Source of the DNA: Acidobacteriota bacterium
GTDB lineage: Bacteria; Acidobacteriota; UBA6911; RPQK01; JAJDTT01
Assembly (NCBI GenBank): GCA_965263035.1
Contig: OZ253580.1
Span: 1,280,001-1,344,000, forward strand
DNA: 64,000 nucleotides
Direction of reading: 5' to 3'
Shown: positions 48,933 through 60,400 of the stretch, piece by piece
How the letters are laid out: each line of letters begins with the position of its first letter
Position numbering within the stretch: position 1 is the stretch's first letter
The notes under the pieces: model-generated
The model's database searches: none
What the model was told of the DNA's origin: nothing
The model's input: only the letters and a program-made list of their open reading frames with translations
Program-made: the position numbers and the translations under genes

Positions 48933-50087
48933 ATGAGATCCACAACCCGTTTTGTCTGGACTGCCTTGGGGATCCTCGCCTCCCTTGCGGGATCGAGCGC
49001 CCAACCCAGGTTCGACCACGCCGATGTCTTCGCCTCCGGGAGCGAGGGCTATCACACCTTCCGGATTCCGGCCATCGTCCGGGCCCCGGACGGGTCGCTA
49101 CTGGCCTTCGCGGAGGGTCGAAAGGAGAATCGCCGCGACCCCGGAGGAGGAGACATTGATCTGGTCTACAGGCGAAGCACGGATCGCGGGGTCAGTTGGC
49201 CCCGACTTCAGATCGTGGACGACCCGGGCGAGGGCTGGAGCGCTTCCAACCCCACTCCGGTCGTCGACCGGAACAGCGGCCGCGTCCTGATCGTCTACAA
49301 CCGCTGGGAGCCGGGCTTCGGAACCGTCCTCTCCCAGCCCGGGACCGACAACAACCAGGTCTGGTTCCGGTACAGCGACGACCATGGCGGCAGCTGGTCG
49401 GAACCTCGGGAGATCACCCGTGATGCGAGGGATCACGAGGACTGGGGAGCCATGTTCGTGGGCCCCGGAGGGGCGATCCAGACGCGGAGCGGGCGTCTGC
49501 TGGTTCCCGCCGCGGCCAAGATCGGAACGGCCTTCTCGATCCTGGTCTCCGCCGACCAGGAGCCTCAGACCGCCACCTATATGCGCGCCTACGTCCTGTT
49601 CAGCGACGACCGGGGCGAGACCTGGAGCCGAGGAGAATTGGTCGACGCTCTCACGGATGAGAATCAGGTGGTCGAACTGGCCGACGGGACCATCATGATG
49701 GACGCCCGGCAGAGCCGCGGCGGCCGGCGCTGGGTTGCGATCAGCAGCGACGGAGGGATCACCTGGTCCCGGCCCAGACCGGGGCAGGAAGTCACGAGGG
49801 TCGCCACGGCCATCGAACGCTACAGCCTGCACTCTGCGGGCGCCGGACGGAATCGAATCCTGTGGACGGGCCCCAAGGGACCCGGACGTCTCAACCTCGT
49901 TCTACGGGTCAGCGACGATGAAGGGCAGACCTTCGGCCGGGAGAAACTCCTCTACGGAGGATTCGCAGCCTACTCCGACCTGGAGCTGCTGGATGACGGG
50001 TCGGTCGGGGTATTGTGGGAGAGAGGGATCAGTGCAAGCTACCAATTCATCACCTTCACCCGATTCCGCCTGGAAGCCCTGGAGTGA
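48933..50087 (+). CDS. Exo-alpha-sialidase (GH33-like)
   Basis: Signal peptide, FRIP, AEGR, five Asp-boxes (STDRGVSW, SDDHGGSW, SDDRGETW, SSDGGITW, SDDEGQTF), DENQVVE, AYSDL. Confidence 0.88.
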   Translation: MRSTTRFVWTALGILASLAGSSAQPRFDHADVFASGSEGYHTFRIPAIVRAPDGSLLAFAEGRKENRRDPGGGDIDLVYRRSTDRGVSWPRLQIVDDPGEGWSASNPTPVVDRNSGRVLIVYNRWEPGFGTVLSQPGTDNNQVWFRYSDDHGGSWSEPREITRDARDHEDWGAMFVGPGGAIQTRSGRLLVPAAAKIGTAFSILVSADQEPQTATYMRAYVLFSDDRGETWSRGELVDALTDENQVVELADGTIMMDARQSRGGRRWVAISSDGGITWSRPRPGQEVTRVATAIERYSLHSAGAGRNRILWTGPKGPGRLNLVLRVSDDEGQTFGREKLLYGGFAAYSDLELLDDGSVGVLWERGISASYQFITFTRFRLEALE

Positions 50088-50108
50088 GGACGGACCTCAC
50101 GGGGCCGC

Positions 50109-51743
50109 ATGGCTCTCCCCCTCCCTGAGGACGCCGCCCCGGCGGCGCGGGCCGTAAGAACCGCTGCCCCGAGTTGGCAAGCCATGAAGCCGATGGATCT
50201 GAAAGGCTCTATGGAACTGGCCGGCCGAAACCTGGTGGCGAACCTCTGTCCTACGCGCAACTACCTCCCCTATTGGGCGATCGAAATCGACACCGGTTAC
50301 AGAGCCTGGGCGCGCTTCACCTGGCCTCAGCACAACCTGGGACGATGGTGGGATGCGATGTTGCGTCTGGAGGCCACGACCGGATTCCGGATTCCGCCCG
50401 ATCGGGAAGCCGCCATGTTGGGCAATCTGCACTCCTTTTTCGACAACCCCGATCACTTCTGCCTCGCTCCTCGCCATTTCGAGGGGCCCGGACTGGAACT
50501 CCACTCCTTGAGAGAAGGCCTGCTGGCCCTGGTCGCGCTGGCACGCCACCGGAACAGCCGTTGGGCCGAGCGGAAGGGCCGGCTGATGATCGAATCCCTC
50601 CTGCGGGTATCCGACGGGAAGGGAGGTTGGAAGCTCCAGGAGATCGACTCTGCCCGGCGTTTCGACAAAGGGTATTACCAGAAGGTCAAGCCGGTGAGCA
50701 GTAGCACGGACGGACGGTTGATCGAGGCCCTGGTCTGGTTCTATCAGTCCACGCACGATCCCCTGGCGCTGGCCGCGGCCCGGCGCTTTGCCGCGTACCA
50801 CCTTCCGCACACGACCCATCCCGACGGCCGCCTGAACCTCGCTTCGGGATCGAATCACACCCATTCGTATTTCGGGACGCTCCGTGGTCTGCTTCTCTAC
50901 GGCGAGCTCACGGATCAGCATGAGTACGTCGATGCCGTGGAGGCGACGTACCGGAGAACGGTACGCACAATGGTCAAGAGATCGGGATTCATCTCCCATG
51001 ACCTGGGAATGGACAACCGGGGAGAGACGGCTTCCCCTGGCGACGCCGCTCAGCTGGCTCTGTGGCTGGCAACCCGGCACGGCTTCACCGAATACCTCGA
51101 CGACGTGGAGCGGATCGTCCGGGCGCGGATCCTCCCTTCCCAAATCTCGGAGACCCCGCCGCTGCACCCCTCTTCGGACCGGGACGGCGATGAGTATCGG
51201 AATCTCCGGGCCCGGGTCCTGGGGGCTTATGGGGGCATGCACCTGGAACCCCATTCCGGCACGAAGCCCACCACCGATGTCACGGCGGCCGGCCTTCACA
51301 CTCTTACGGACGTCTATAGCCACGTCCTCCTGCGGGGCGATTCCGGACTGAAGATCCTGCTGCACTTTGACTACGAAGACTCGCGAGCCCGAATCCGCTC
51401 CTGGAGAGGAGAGAGTTCGGGCCGGTTGACCGTGCTGCCCCGGACCCGGGAGAATGTCTTTATCCGGATCCCTCGATGGACCCCCCTGGGCTCGGTTCGT
51501 CTCACGGTACGGGGCGATTCGCTCGATCCGAGAACGTATGGAGACTTCGTCCTCATCCCGGGGCATCTCATGCCGGCAGAAATCATCCTCGAATACGGCC
51601 TGCCCGTAACCCGGGAAGTCGAACGGACGACCGGTGTGGACTATCGGTTGATGTGGCGTGGCGACGAGGTCATCGGGATCGCGCCCAACAGTCGCTTCTA
51701 TCCGTTCTATCCGGACTATCCTGGGGAAACGGAAGCAGAATGA
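50109..51743 (+). CDS. Putative (alpha/alpha)6 glycoside hydrolase, GH127-like
   Basis: HTHS motif, GETAS (GExC-like position), YLDDVERIVRARI, C-terminal IRIPRW beta domain. Confidence 0.6.
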   Translation: MALPLPEDAAPAARAVRTAAPSWQAMKPMDLKGSMELAGRNLVANLCPTRNYLPYWAIEIDTGYRAWARFTWPQHNLGRWWDAMLRLEATTGFRIPPDREAAMLGNLHSFFDNPDHFCLAPRHFEGPGLELHSLREGLLALVALARHRNSRWAERKGRLMIESLLRVSDGKGGWKLQEIDSARRFDKGYYQKVKPVSSSTDGRLIEALVWFYQSTHDPLALAAARRFAAYHLPHTTHPDGRLNLASGSNHTHSYFGTLRGLLLYGELTDQHEYVDAVEATYRRTVRTMVKRSGFISHDLGMDNRGETASPGDAAQLALWLATRHGFTEYLDDVERIVRARILPSQISETPPLHPSSDRDGDEYRNLRARVLGAYGGMHLEPHSGTKPTTDVTAAGLHTLTDVYSHVLLRGDSGLKILLHFDYEDSRARIRSWRGESSGRLTVLPRTRENVFIRIPRWTPLGSVRLTVRGDSLDPRTYGDFVLIPGHLMPAEIILEYGLPVTREVERTTGVDYRLMWRGDEVIGIAPNSRFYPFYPDYPGETEAE

Positions 51744-51915
51744 ATGAACCCGCGAGGCCCTTCGCCGGCGCAGGCTCTCGGAACCGCGCCGGCGGGTCAC
51801 GCCCGGGACCCCGTTTGGTACCGGAGAGACATTGCGCCGCTTCCTGAGCGAAGCTTGCCCGCCCGGTTCCCAGGGGGCGACCTGGATCCAACCCGCCTGG
51901 ATAGGAGGAGCAGCC

Positions 51916-54267
51916 GTGCGAACGTGGACCTGTTTCGTTATCGCCATGATGTGTTTCGTTATCGCCCTGATGGGAGTGAGTCATCCGGCCGTCGCGGCGG
52001 TCTCGCTGGAGCGAGCGCCGCAGCGCGACGAGGAAACCTTGCTGTACCTACCTTTGGACGAGCCGGACGAAGCGATCCTCATCGGCGACCGGCTCGCCAT
52101 CGATCCCGTGTACCTGAGGATGGAGGCCAAGTACAAACGGGGCCGTTTCGGCGGGGCTCTGAAGTTCACGGGCCGGCCGGGGCTGCGCCAGTGCATGCTG
52201 GTATCGCTGCCCCAACGGTTCCACAGTGAGCGCCACGGCAGCCGTAAGCCCACGGTCATCGCCCGGATGGGCGACCGGGCTCAGGTGGTGGTCGACGTGC
52301 CCGAAGTGCTCACGGACATGGAACGGAGTTTCACCATCGAGTTCTGGGTGTTTCCGCAAGTGCTGCAGAATCAGACCATCGTTTCGGGGGTGAACACCGC
52401 CACCTGGGTGCCGGAGGCCTCCTGGCAGGTGGACCTGGCCGACGACGGGAGGTTGCGCTATGCCTGCGGCTCGGGACTGCATCGCTTCGAGATGTTGAGC
52501 GACCGCCCGGTCCCCATCGGCCAGTGGACGCACGTCGCGGTGGTCTGCGACACGGGCGACTTCAGGATCTATCTCAACGGAAGCCCGGAGAGTAGCGTGC
52601 AACGGATGGAAACGGCCAGAAACCAGGGCGTCACGCAACCGGGCAGTGACGGGACGATCCTCTGCGTGGGCGGCCCGGGTCCCGATGCCCTGGCCGGTTT
52701 CTTCGACGGTCTGGTCGATGAGCTACGTTTATCCAAGGGACCTCGGTCCTTCGAGCCGGATCCGGCCGTGCTGATCGGAAGCCGAAAGGAGCTCTTTCTG
52801 GACGACGACCTGATCGCGCGCATGATGGGCGTCCGTCGAGTCGTCAACCAGCCGGAACGTTACGAAGGCAATCCGCTGCTGGAGCCGAGAGGGGAATGGG
52901 AGGGGCGTTCCCTTCAGGAACTGGGTCTCATCTATGACCATCGGCTGGGGCTGTTTCGCGCCTGGTATCGTGCCATGGACAGCGCGGATACCGAGGCCAG
53001 CATGTGCTATGCCTTCAGCCGCGACGGCCTGCACTGGGAACAGCCGGAACTGGGTCTGGAAGAATATGGCGGCTCCACCCGCAACAACATCGTCGCTCGG
53101 AAGCGGTTTTTCTTCGTGTTCCTCGACCCGTTGGCCCGTCCTGGCGAGGGCAGAATCTGCGCCACACACAAATTGAAATACGGGGGGAACCGCGGACCCT
53201 TCAAACAAATCCTGATGCGCTCCCCCGACGGCTTGCAGTGGCCCAGTGACGAGGTGACGAACATGAGTGGCTACTACAGCTGGGGCGCCAGGCGCTACCG
53301 CCGGATGGAAACGATCATGGGGGTGGATCGACCGATTCCCTACGCTCCCGTCTACTTCGGCAAGATCGACAAGTTGACCATCATCGAAAAAGAGGGAGAG
53401 GGCCTGAAATCCCTGCAGTTCGCGCGAATCGGCTGGGATCTGACCCATTGGCAGAACCCGCATCTGACCGATTTGGAGCAGACCGAGAAGAACAATCGAG
53501 GCTGGTACGGGATCAAGACCCGCGATGAGGAAAGTGTCCTGGTCGGGATTGCCGACGCCTACCATGCCAAGGACTTGGGCCCCGAGGGCAGGAAACGCTG
53601 GCGAACCATGGGGCCCGACTCCTACAAGCGGGAGGAGAGCCGGTGGGTGGATTTTCAGCTGATCAGCTCGCGTGACGGCTACCGCTGGCGCCACGTTGCC
53701 GATCAGGCCACCTTCCTGCCGGTGGGGGCCGAGGGAGCCTGGGACGAAGGGTCGCTCTACTACGCGCAGGTGGTGGAACCACCCGGCTCCGACAAGCTCT
53801 ACATCTATTACGAGGGCTACAAGGTCCGCCACGACTTTTCCGATCAGGGTGGCCAGGAATGGTTCGCAGAGCACGGACAGCCCTTCTGCAACCTCGGCGT
53901 CGCCTTTCTGCGCAAAGACGGATACGTCAGTCTCGAAGCCGACGGTTCCGAAACCGAGGGCGTCGTCGAGACCAAGCCGATCCGATTTTCCGGCCGGCAC
54001 CTGTTCGTGAACGCGGATGCATCGGGAGGCGCGATCCAGGTGGAGTTGTGTGACGAGGCGGGCGAGCCACTGCGCGGCTTCAGCCGCGAAGACGTCAGGC
54101 CGCTGACCACGGACGATCTACGGCATCGGGTCCAATGGGGCGCAACCGCAGACCTGTCGGACCTTGCCGGCAAGGCGGTGGTGTTGAGGTTCCACCTCGA
54201 TCGGAATGCCCGTCTCTACTCCTACCGTTTCGGAGATCCCGATCCCCATTCTCGCGGGTCCGACTGA
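51916..54267 (+). CDS. LamG + beta-propeller GH-like protein (paralog 7, close to 25704)
   Basis: GTG after AGGAGG; long shared blocks with 25704..28013 (DPVYxRMEA, GRPGLRQC, ILCVGGPGPDA, FVFLDPLARPGEG, GWDLTHWQ). Confidence 0.82.
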   Translation: MRTWTCFVIAMMCFVIALMGVSHPAVAAVSLERAPQRDEETLLYLPLDEPDEAILIGDRLAIDPVYLRMEAKYKRGRFGGALKFTGRPGLRQCMLVSLPQRFHSERHGSRKPTVIARMGDRAQVVVDVPEVLTDMERSFTIEFWVFPQVLQNQTIVSGVNTATWVPEASWQVDLADDGRLRYACGSGLHRFEMLSDRPVPIGQWTHVAVVCDTGDFRIYLNGSPESSVQRMETARNQGVTQPGSDGTILCVGGPGPDALAGFFDGLVDELRLSKGPRSFEPDPAVLIGSRKELFLDDDLIARMMGVRRVVNQPERYEGNPLLEPRGEWEGRSLQELGLIYDHRLGLFRAWYRAMDSADTEASMCYAFSRDGLHWEQPELGLEEYGGSTRNNIVARKRFFFVFLDPLARPGEGRICATHKLKYGGNRGPFKQILMRSPDGLQWPSDEVTNMSGYYSWGARRYRRMETIMGVDRPIPYAPVYFGKIDKLTIIEKEGEGLKSLQFARIGWDLTHWQNPHLTDLEQTEKNNRGWYGIKTRDEESVLVGIADAYHAKDLGPEGRKRWRTMGPDSYKREESRWVDFQLISSRDGYRWRHVADQATFLPVGAEGAWDEGSLYYAQVVEPPGSDKLYIYYEGYKVRHDFSDQGGQEWFAEHGQPFCNLGVAFLRKDGYVSLEADGSETEGVVETKPIRFSGRHLFVNADASGGAIQVELCDEAGEPLRGFSREDVRPLTTDDLRHRVQWGATADLSDLAGKAVVLRFHLDRNARLYSYRFGDPDPHSRGSD

Positions 54268-54438
54268 GATCGGGGGAGGGACGTCCTCGTCCGAAAAAAG
54301 GCGGGGTCAACGGCGCCGGTCCAGCAGTTCTTCCGGTCCGGAGACCGCAGGCCACCCGCAGGCAAAATCCCGCGGGGAAGATCGGACGTCTTTGGGCTCC
54401 GTTGCACCCACAGTTGAGCCAAGACACGCGGGTCGCCG

Positions 54439-56070
54439 CTATTCCTTCAGGAATCGGAAGGCGAAGAGACGAGTGTTCTTCAGGTAGAACTTGAGCTTGA
54501 TAACTTGACCATCCAATCCGCTCAGTTCGCTGCGGCCGTTCCAAGCGGCGATCCCAGTTCGCGTCAGGGGATCCGATTCCTGAAACGTGTGTCCCTGGAC
54601 CCGGAAGTAATCTCCAGCCAGGATCTCCACCCGGACCTCCCCGGAGCCGGTCCTCGGCCCCTTCGCCAAGTTGACCTCGAGATGCTTGCCGGAGAAGGAA
54701 AAGGCCCGCGTGATCACCTGCGCGTAGCCCTCGGCGCCATCCGTCCGGGCGGCGTCTTCGATCGAGCCCAACGCCTTGGCGTTGTAGCCGCCTCCCGCTT
54801 TGGTCGCTCCCGGCTCCAAGGAGACGAAACCGTCCATCGGAATCGTGGCCACCCCCATGGCGCCCATGGGCCCGGGGCCGCCGACCTCGCGAAAGAGGCG
54901 ATCCCGGAAGTTGGTGCCGTGGTAGTAGATGAAGAAACGATCCCCATGGTGAATGGGCTGCTGGGCATAGATGGTCACGGAATCCCAGGCCGGCTCTTCT
55001 CCCAGCGGAATGAAGGGCTCCCGGTAGCGCCTGTCCCAGTGAATCCCGTCACGGCTGAAGACGAACTGGGGCCAGATGTAGAGCGGATCCTCCGGAGTCC
55101 TCTGGCCGGGACGATAGTTCCAGAGCATCCCCAGGTAGAGGCCTTCATGGGTGGTGGCCCACAGGCTGTAGAACTGCAGACCTGCCGGGTCCCGGTCGTC
55201 CGGCACGATGATGGTCTGGGGGTCGGACCAGTGGACCAGGTCCCGGCTTTCGGCTCTTCCGATTATCCTCATCCGCAGTCCGCAGCGTTTGTGCTGGCAG
55301 TTCTCCATGTGCATGGCGTAGACCCGACGGATCGGATCCCAACCAACGGTGGCCGTCGGTCCCCACAGATAGCCCTGGTACCCCCTCCGCCGGGTCCAGG
55401 GTTCGCCTTCGGGATTGACCTTGGCAGGTCCCGAGGGACGAATCACGGGGTTGCCCGGATGGGGCACCCAGTTGAAGGCGTCGGCGGAGTAGTAGAGGTT
55501 CCAGACCCGGGTCCTCTTGACCTCCGACTGTCCGGGGACGGTCCCTTCGGCTGCTACCTGGGCCAGCGCCTTGTAGCGGCGTGAGGGGTCCTGCTCGCGG
55601 GGATCGACGAAGATGCCGCCTTTGATGGAAGGCCAGTTCGCGGGCGCCAGGATGTTGTTGTCCCGGGAACCCTGGAACTCCACGAAACCCAGCGAGGGCT
55701 TTTCCCACCGGTAGCCGTCCCGGGATTCGGCGTACAGGAACTTCCGGTCCTTGCCGTTGGGTTTTCCATCTTCGTCGGCGTACAGGACACTGGAGGTGTA
55801 CCACATGCGAAACCGTTGGCGGGCCTGATCGTAGAAAACGGTCCCGTAGTGCAGAGACTGCCCCTCCCAGGGACGGTCCTGACGGATGACCGGGTTCCCC
55901 TCATGCTTCCGGGCAGTATGGAACACGCGACGGGCGCCCACCAGGGCCTCGACCAGGTATTCGTCCAAAAACATCTGCTTCTGGGAACCGATGTGGATGA
56001 GCCCGGAAGGACTGGCCTGCACCGTAGCACCCAGCAAGACGAAAAGCGCCAATAAGAATCGACCCTGCAT
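54439..56070 (-). CDS. Secreted beta-propeller GH-like protein (paralog 8, close to 32658)
   Basis: Signal peptide; IGSQKQMFLDE, YAESRDGYRWEKP, PEGEPWTRRRGYQGYLWGPT, MENCQHKRC, DGFVSL, RLFAFRF. Confidence 0.8.
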   Translation of the reverse strand: MQGRFLLALFVLLGATVQASPSGLIHIGSQKQMFLDEYLVEALVGARRVFHTARKHEGNPVIRQDRPWEGQSLHYGTVFYDQARQRFRMWYTSSVLYADEDGKPNGKDRKFLYAESRDGYRWEKPSLGFVEFQGSRDNNILAPANWPSIKGGIFVDPREQDPSRRYKALAQVAAEGTVPGQSEVKRTRVWNLYYSADAFNWVPHPGNPVIRPSGPAKVNPEGEPWTRRRGYQGYLWGPTATVGWDPIRRVYAMHMENCQHKRCGLRMRIIGRAESRDLVHWSDPQTIIVPDDRDPAGLQFYSLWATTHEGLYLGMLWNYRPGQRTPEDPLYIWPQFVFSRDGIHWDRRYREPFIPLGEEPAWDSVTIYAQQPIHHGDRFFIYYHGTNFRDRLFREVGGPGPMGAMGVATIPMDGFVSLEPGATKAGGGYNAKALGSIEDAARTDGAEGYAQVITRAFSFSGKHLEVNLAKGPRTGSGEVRVEILAGDYFRVQGHTFQESDPLTRTGIAAWNGRSELSGLDGQVIKLKFYLKNTRLFAFRFLKE

Positions 56071-56139
56071 TGTTGGCTCCTTTCGAGTCTGGTTGCAGTG
56101 TCCGGATGCGGACTTCAGGAGGTTGGTGTTCCCACCCGT

Positions 56140-56375
56140 AATGGTAGGATAGCAGGAACCAGAGCCTCTGACACCCGGGATGAAGGACCCTCTACTGCCG
56201 CTCTCGCCTTGACGCCGAACGCGTCAGGACTGGGGTATGGACAGCCCCGGCAAGACGGACGAGCCCATCGTCATAGCCGATAACCGGACCATTGACCCGG
56301 CTTACGTCCGTATGGAGGCCAAGTACAAGCAGGGGAGATTCGGCGGAGCGCTGAAACACGTTGTTCGTCCGGGTA
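56140..56375 (+). pseudogene. 5' remnant of a third LamG+GH gene
   Basis: DEPIVIADNRTIDPAYVRMEAKYKQGRFGGALK..RPG matches the N-termini of 25704 and 51916, then breaks off. Confidence 0.7.
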
Positions 56376-56390
56376 GGAAGAGGAGGCATT

Positions 56391-57221
56391 ATGAAGCCCG
56401 CAAGTGTGGTTCTGATCGCGGTTCTGGCCGTCCTTCCTGCGCCGGCGTGGGGCGAGGGCGGCGAGATGAGGATCGAAGACCTGCTCGAGAAACATCTGGG
56501 CTTTCTCACCGATGGCAAGGCCCCGTCGTCCGTCAACAATCGGCTGTTGATGGGAACCTGTTCCTTCCGGGTGTTGATCGGCCGAAGTGCAAGACTCTCG
56601 GGACCGGTTAACTTCCTCTCCCAAGGGAACAAGGTCAGACTGCTGGTCCGATTCAATGATTCCGGCTACCGCGGTGAGAACATCATCCACGACGGCAAGA
56701 GTGTCCGTGTCGACCAGATCAGTCCCGGTGTCCGATCCCAGCTCGGCGATTTCTTCTATCGCTTCGAGGAGGTGGTCCGGGAAGGACTGGTGGGAGGGGT
56801 GCTCTCCACCGGCTGGCCGCTACTCGACCTCAAGCGGCGCCAGGCAAGTTTGGAGTACGAAGGACTCAAGAAGATCGAAGGCCGAGAACTGCATGAGGTG
56901 ACATACAAGGCGAAACGGCCGGGGGAGGCTCGGGTCCATCTCTATTTCGACCCCGAGTCGTACGGTCACATGTTGACGATCTACCGGGTGATGGTGTCGC
57001 GGTCCGGGAGCGTGGCCATCCGCACCACGCGAGACCGGTTCACTCTGGAGGAGAGGTTCGGGGACTTCCGCGCTCTGGATGGGTGGGCTCTGCCCAGCCA
57101 ATGGAGCCTGAAGCTCACCCTTCAAACCGATCGCGGCAACTCGGTTTCGGAGTGGAGCATGGCGATTGACAATGCCTCCCACAACCAACAGATGAACCCC
57201 CAGTATTTCAAGCTGAAATGA
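56391..57221 (+). CDS. Secreted beta-rich hypothetical protein (LolA/LolB-like fold possible)
   Basis: ATG after GAGG; signal peptide; LYFDPES...LEERFGDFRALDGWALP..W pattern. Confidence 0.65.
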   Translation: MKPASVVLIAVLAVLPAPAWGEGGEMRIEDLLEKHLGFLTDGKAPSSVNNRLLMGTCSFRVLIGRSARLSGPVNFLSQGNKVRLLVRFNDSGYRGENIIHDGKSVRVDQISPGVRSQLGDFFYRFEEVVREGLVGGVLSTGWPLLDLKRRQASLEYEGLKKIEGRELHEVTYKAKRPGEARVHLYFDPESYGHMLTIYRVMVSRSGSVAIRTTRDRFTLEERFGDFRALDGWALPSQWSLKLTLQTDRGNSVSEWSMAIDNASHNQQMNPQYFKLK

Positions 57222-57338
57222 GGGATGTCGGCCGGCCAGGAGGTTCGAGCCGTCGGCCGCAGCGGGACCTGACGGCCCTCGACAGCCGACGGTATCCCGT
57301 CCTGAAATCCGGTCTACGGCCGGGATGGAGTAAGACAG

Positions 57339-57380
57339 AAAGGGGTGGCGCCGAACCAGGTCGTTCAGCGCCACCCCTTT
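57339..57380. terminator. Bidirectional intrinsic terminator
   Basis: AAAGGGGTGGCGC ... GCGCCACCCCTTT stem between convergent genes. Confidence 0.75.
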
Positions 57381-57412
57381 CTAATCGTCTCCCTCTGTTG
57401 AGGCCAGGAGAT

Positions 57413-60400
57413 CTAGAAATCGATTCGCAAGGCGAACTGGATCTGACGGGCCATCCCTGCGGTCGTGACGACGCCAAAGCTTCCGGACGAAACGTTGCCA
57501 CGGGGCGGGCCGAAATTCACGTTGTTGAAGACGTTGAAGAATTCCGTGCGAAACTCGACGAAGCGCGTTTCTCCCAAGGCGAAGCGCTTCATCAATCCGA
57601 TGTCGAAATTGATGATGCCGTCGGTGCGAATGGGAAACGCGACCGAGTTGCCATAGGTGGTCGGGTTGACGGAGAAGCACCTGGTGTCAAAGAACTTGGT
57701 GACCGATCGGTTACCTTCGGATATGTTCCCGTCACAGGTGCGATCCGGAAGTACGACTCGACGCCTTCCGATGTTCAGGACATCGCTCCCCGCATCGATT
57801 TCCATCTGCGGCTGCCCGCTCTGGAGGGTCACCAGAGTGGTCAGCTCCCAGCCATAGAGGAGCTGCCGCCCCAGTCCCTGAAGACCTCGTCCAAAAGGCA
57901 ACTCATAGATTCCCGTCGTATAGAAGGCGCTGGCGGCATGCCAGGGAGCTATGGTCCGAGACGCCGAGCGATCGTATTCGTTCTGGGCCGTGCGCTGCTG
58001 GTTGGTCAGCAGATTCTTCGACCAGGTATAACCGGCTACCAGACTCAGGCCGTCGCTGAAGCGCCTTTCGAAGCGGGTCTGAAACGAGTTGTAGGAGGTG
58101 TTCATGTCGGAAATGATGTAGCGGTTGGGGCGAATCGGAGGATAGGGCCGGCGGTCGAGCTGGGCACCCGTCGCCGTCACCGTGGCGCCGTCGTTGGGAA
58201 GCTGAAACCGCACCCCCTCCGGCAGCGCCACGTTGAAGTTGCGGGCTCCGAACTGATGGCTCCCCTTGTTCCCCACGTAGGCCACCTCCACGCGTGTCTC
58301 CGGCATCAGTTCGTGTTGGAGCGAAAGACTCCAATTCTGCACGTCGCCGGGTGTCCAATGGGGATCCGCCATATAGTTCGACGGCCACTCCGAAAGTGAC
58401 GAACCGGCGACGATGGATGGGGCGATCCCATAGATGACCGTTGGCACCTGGCCCCGCGGGTTTCTTCCGTTTGACGCCCCGGTCAACTGGGGAAGATTCC
58501 CGGCGCTCCGGAAGTAAACGAAGGTGGAATCGTCGAACGATCTGCCGTAACCGACTCTCAGCGCCGTGCGATTCCCTCCGAAGGGTCTCCAGGCGATCCC
58601 GATTCGGGGAGCGAAGTCCCGATAGTCCGGCTCGGTCACCCGCCGGGTATCGAGCAGGACGGCCGGAATAGGCGAACGATTGGGGCCCTCCAGCGGTCCG
58701 CCCAGGATCGGCTGGACGGGGGCGTCCTTGAGGAGGCGGGCCACCGGATTGTAGCGGTCGGAGCCCAGTTCGAAGAAGGCCAGACCTCGTCCGTCGGACA
58801 TGAGGACAGGCAGGCTGATTTCGTGCCGGATCCCCAGCGTCAAGGTCAGATTGGGGGTCACCCTCCAACTGTCCCCAAGGAACCAGTTGTAGAAGCTCTT
58901 GGTCGGATAGTTGTTGATGAAGTCATGCCGCAACGTGTAACTGACGGAGGAGGGGTACCCCAGCAGAAAATCGGCGATGACCTGCGATTGGGAGCCGCCG
59001 ATCTGGGCAGTGGCGTATCCGTCGAATCCCATGCCGCCGCCCCCGGTGCGCGCTCCTCCCGAGATGAGCTTGTAGCGTTGGGTGGAGATGCCGAACTTGA
59101 TGAGGTGGTCGCCCTTGTTCCAGCTGATCACTTCCTTGGCTCCACCGTCGGTGCCGAAATCGTATTCGTTGTCCATGCTCCGGAGGTCGGGATAGGGCCG
59201 AATCCGTGTCCTTGGAACTCCCCAACCCGCCTCTGGAACGGTATCCGCGTGGTCGAACCCGAAGACCTCGGCCCAATTCTGGTGCAGCTCATCGGGAGGG
59301 GAGTTCTTGGAGTGCTTGCGCCCCAGATAGATGCTCAGTTCATTGTTGACGGTCGGCCCGAAGTTCTTGATGTAGCCGGCGGCGACCTGAAAGCCCCGCT
59401 GCCGATCCTGGATGAAGGTCACGTTCGGCGTGTAGTGGAAGCCCGTCGTCTTGGGAGACCTCTGCCAGGTCCAGCGGCCCCAGAGCTGGTCGCCCCCCTC
59501 GAAGTTCTGGTCGATCCGGATGTTCCACTTGTCCACATCCGTGTTGTCGACGGCGTTCCAGAAAAAATTGGGGTTGGAGCCGGGAGGCTGGTTGGGAAGC
59601 AGAGGCAGGAAGGTTCCGTCCTGAAAGATGGCCCGCGCCACCGGATTCATCCGGTCCGCCGGGACCCGGTTGCCGGGAAACGGCATCCGCTGCCCGTCGA
59701 CCACGTTCATCGGATCGTAGATGATCCGATCGGGCCAGTGACCATCGAGACCGAAGATTCCATTGCGCTCGTTCTCCGTCGGGGAGATCTGCGAGCGAAC
59801 GAAATTACTGCGCTGCCTCAGCCCCTCGTATGAGAAGAAGAAGAAGGTGCTGTCCTTGAAGATGGGTCCGCCCAACGTCGCCCCAAACTGGTGCCGCTTG
59901 TAGGGGACCGTACCGGTCCCCACCCGGTTGGCCATGAAGTTGTTGGCGTCCAAGGCGTCGTTTCGCGCATAGTCCCAAATGGAACCGTGAAACTCGTTGG
60001 TTCCCGACTTCGAGACCATGGTGATCACGGCGCCCGCGACTCGTCCGTATTCGGCCGAGTAATTGTTCGTGACCACCTTGAATTCCTGGATGGCGTCCGG
60101 CGAGGGCCGTGTGGTCGGCATGCTCTGCGTCAGATCCTGGTTCGGGGTCCCGTCCAGCAGCAGTAGATTCTGGCTGTACTGCTGACCATTGAACCCGGGC
60201 AGCCGGGGCTGCGCCGCCGGTATGTCCCTCAGCGGCGCCACCACCGCTCCCGTCATGTAACGCGCCAACTGAAAGATATCCCGTTCATTCAAGGGGAGAT
60301 CCTTGATCTGGCGTTCGGTCGTGACCGCCCCCAGATCGGCCGTCTCCGTCTCCACCACCGGCGATGCCCCGGTGACGGTGATCGTCTCGGCGATCTCCCC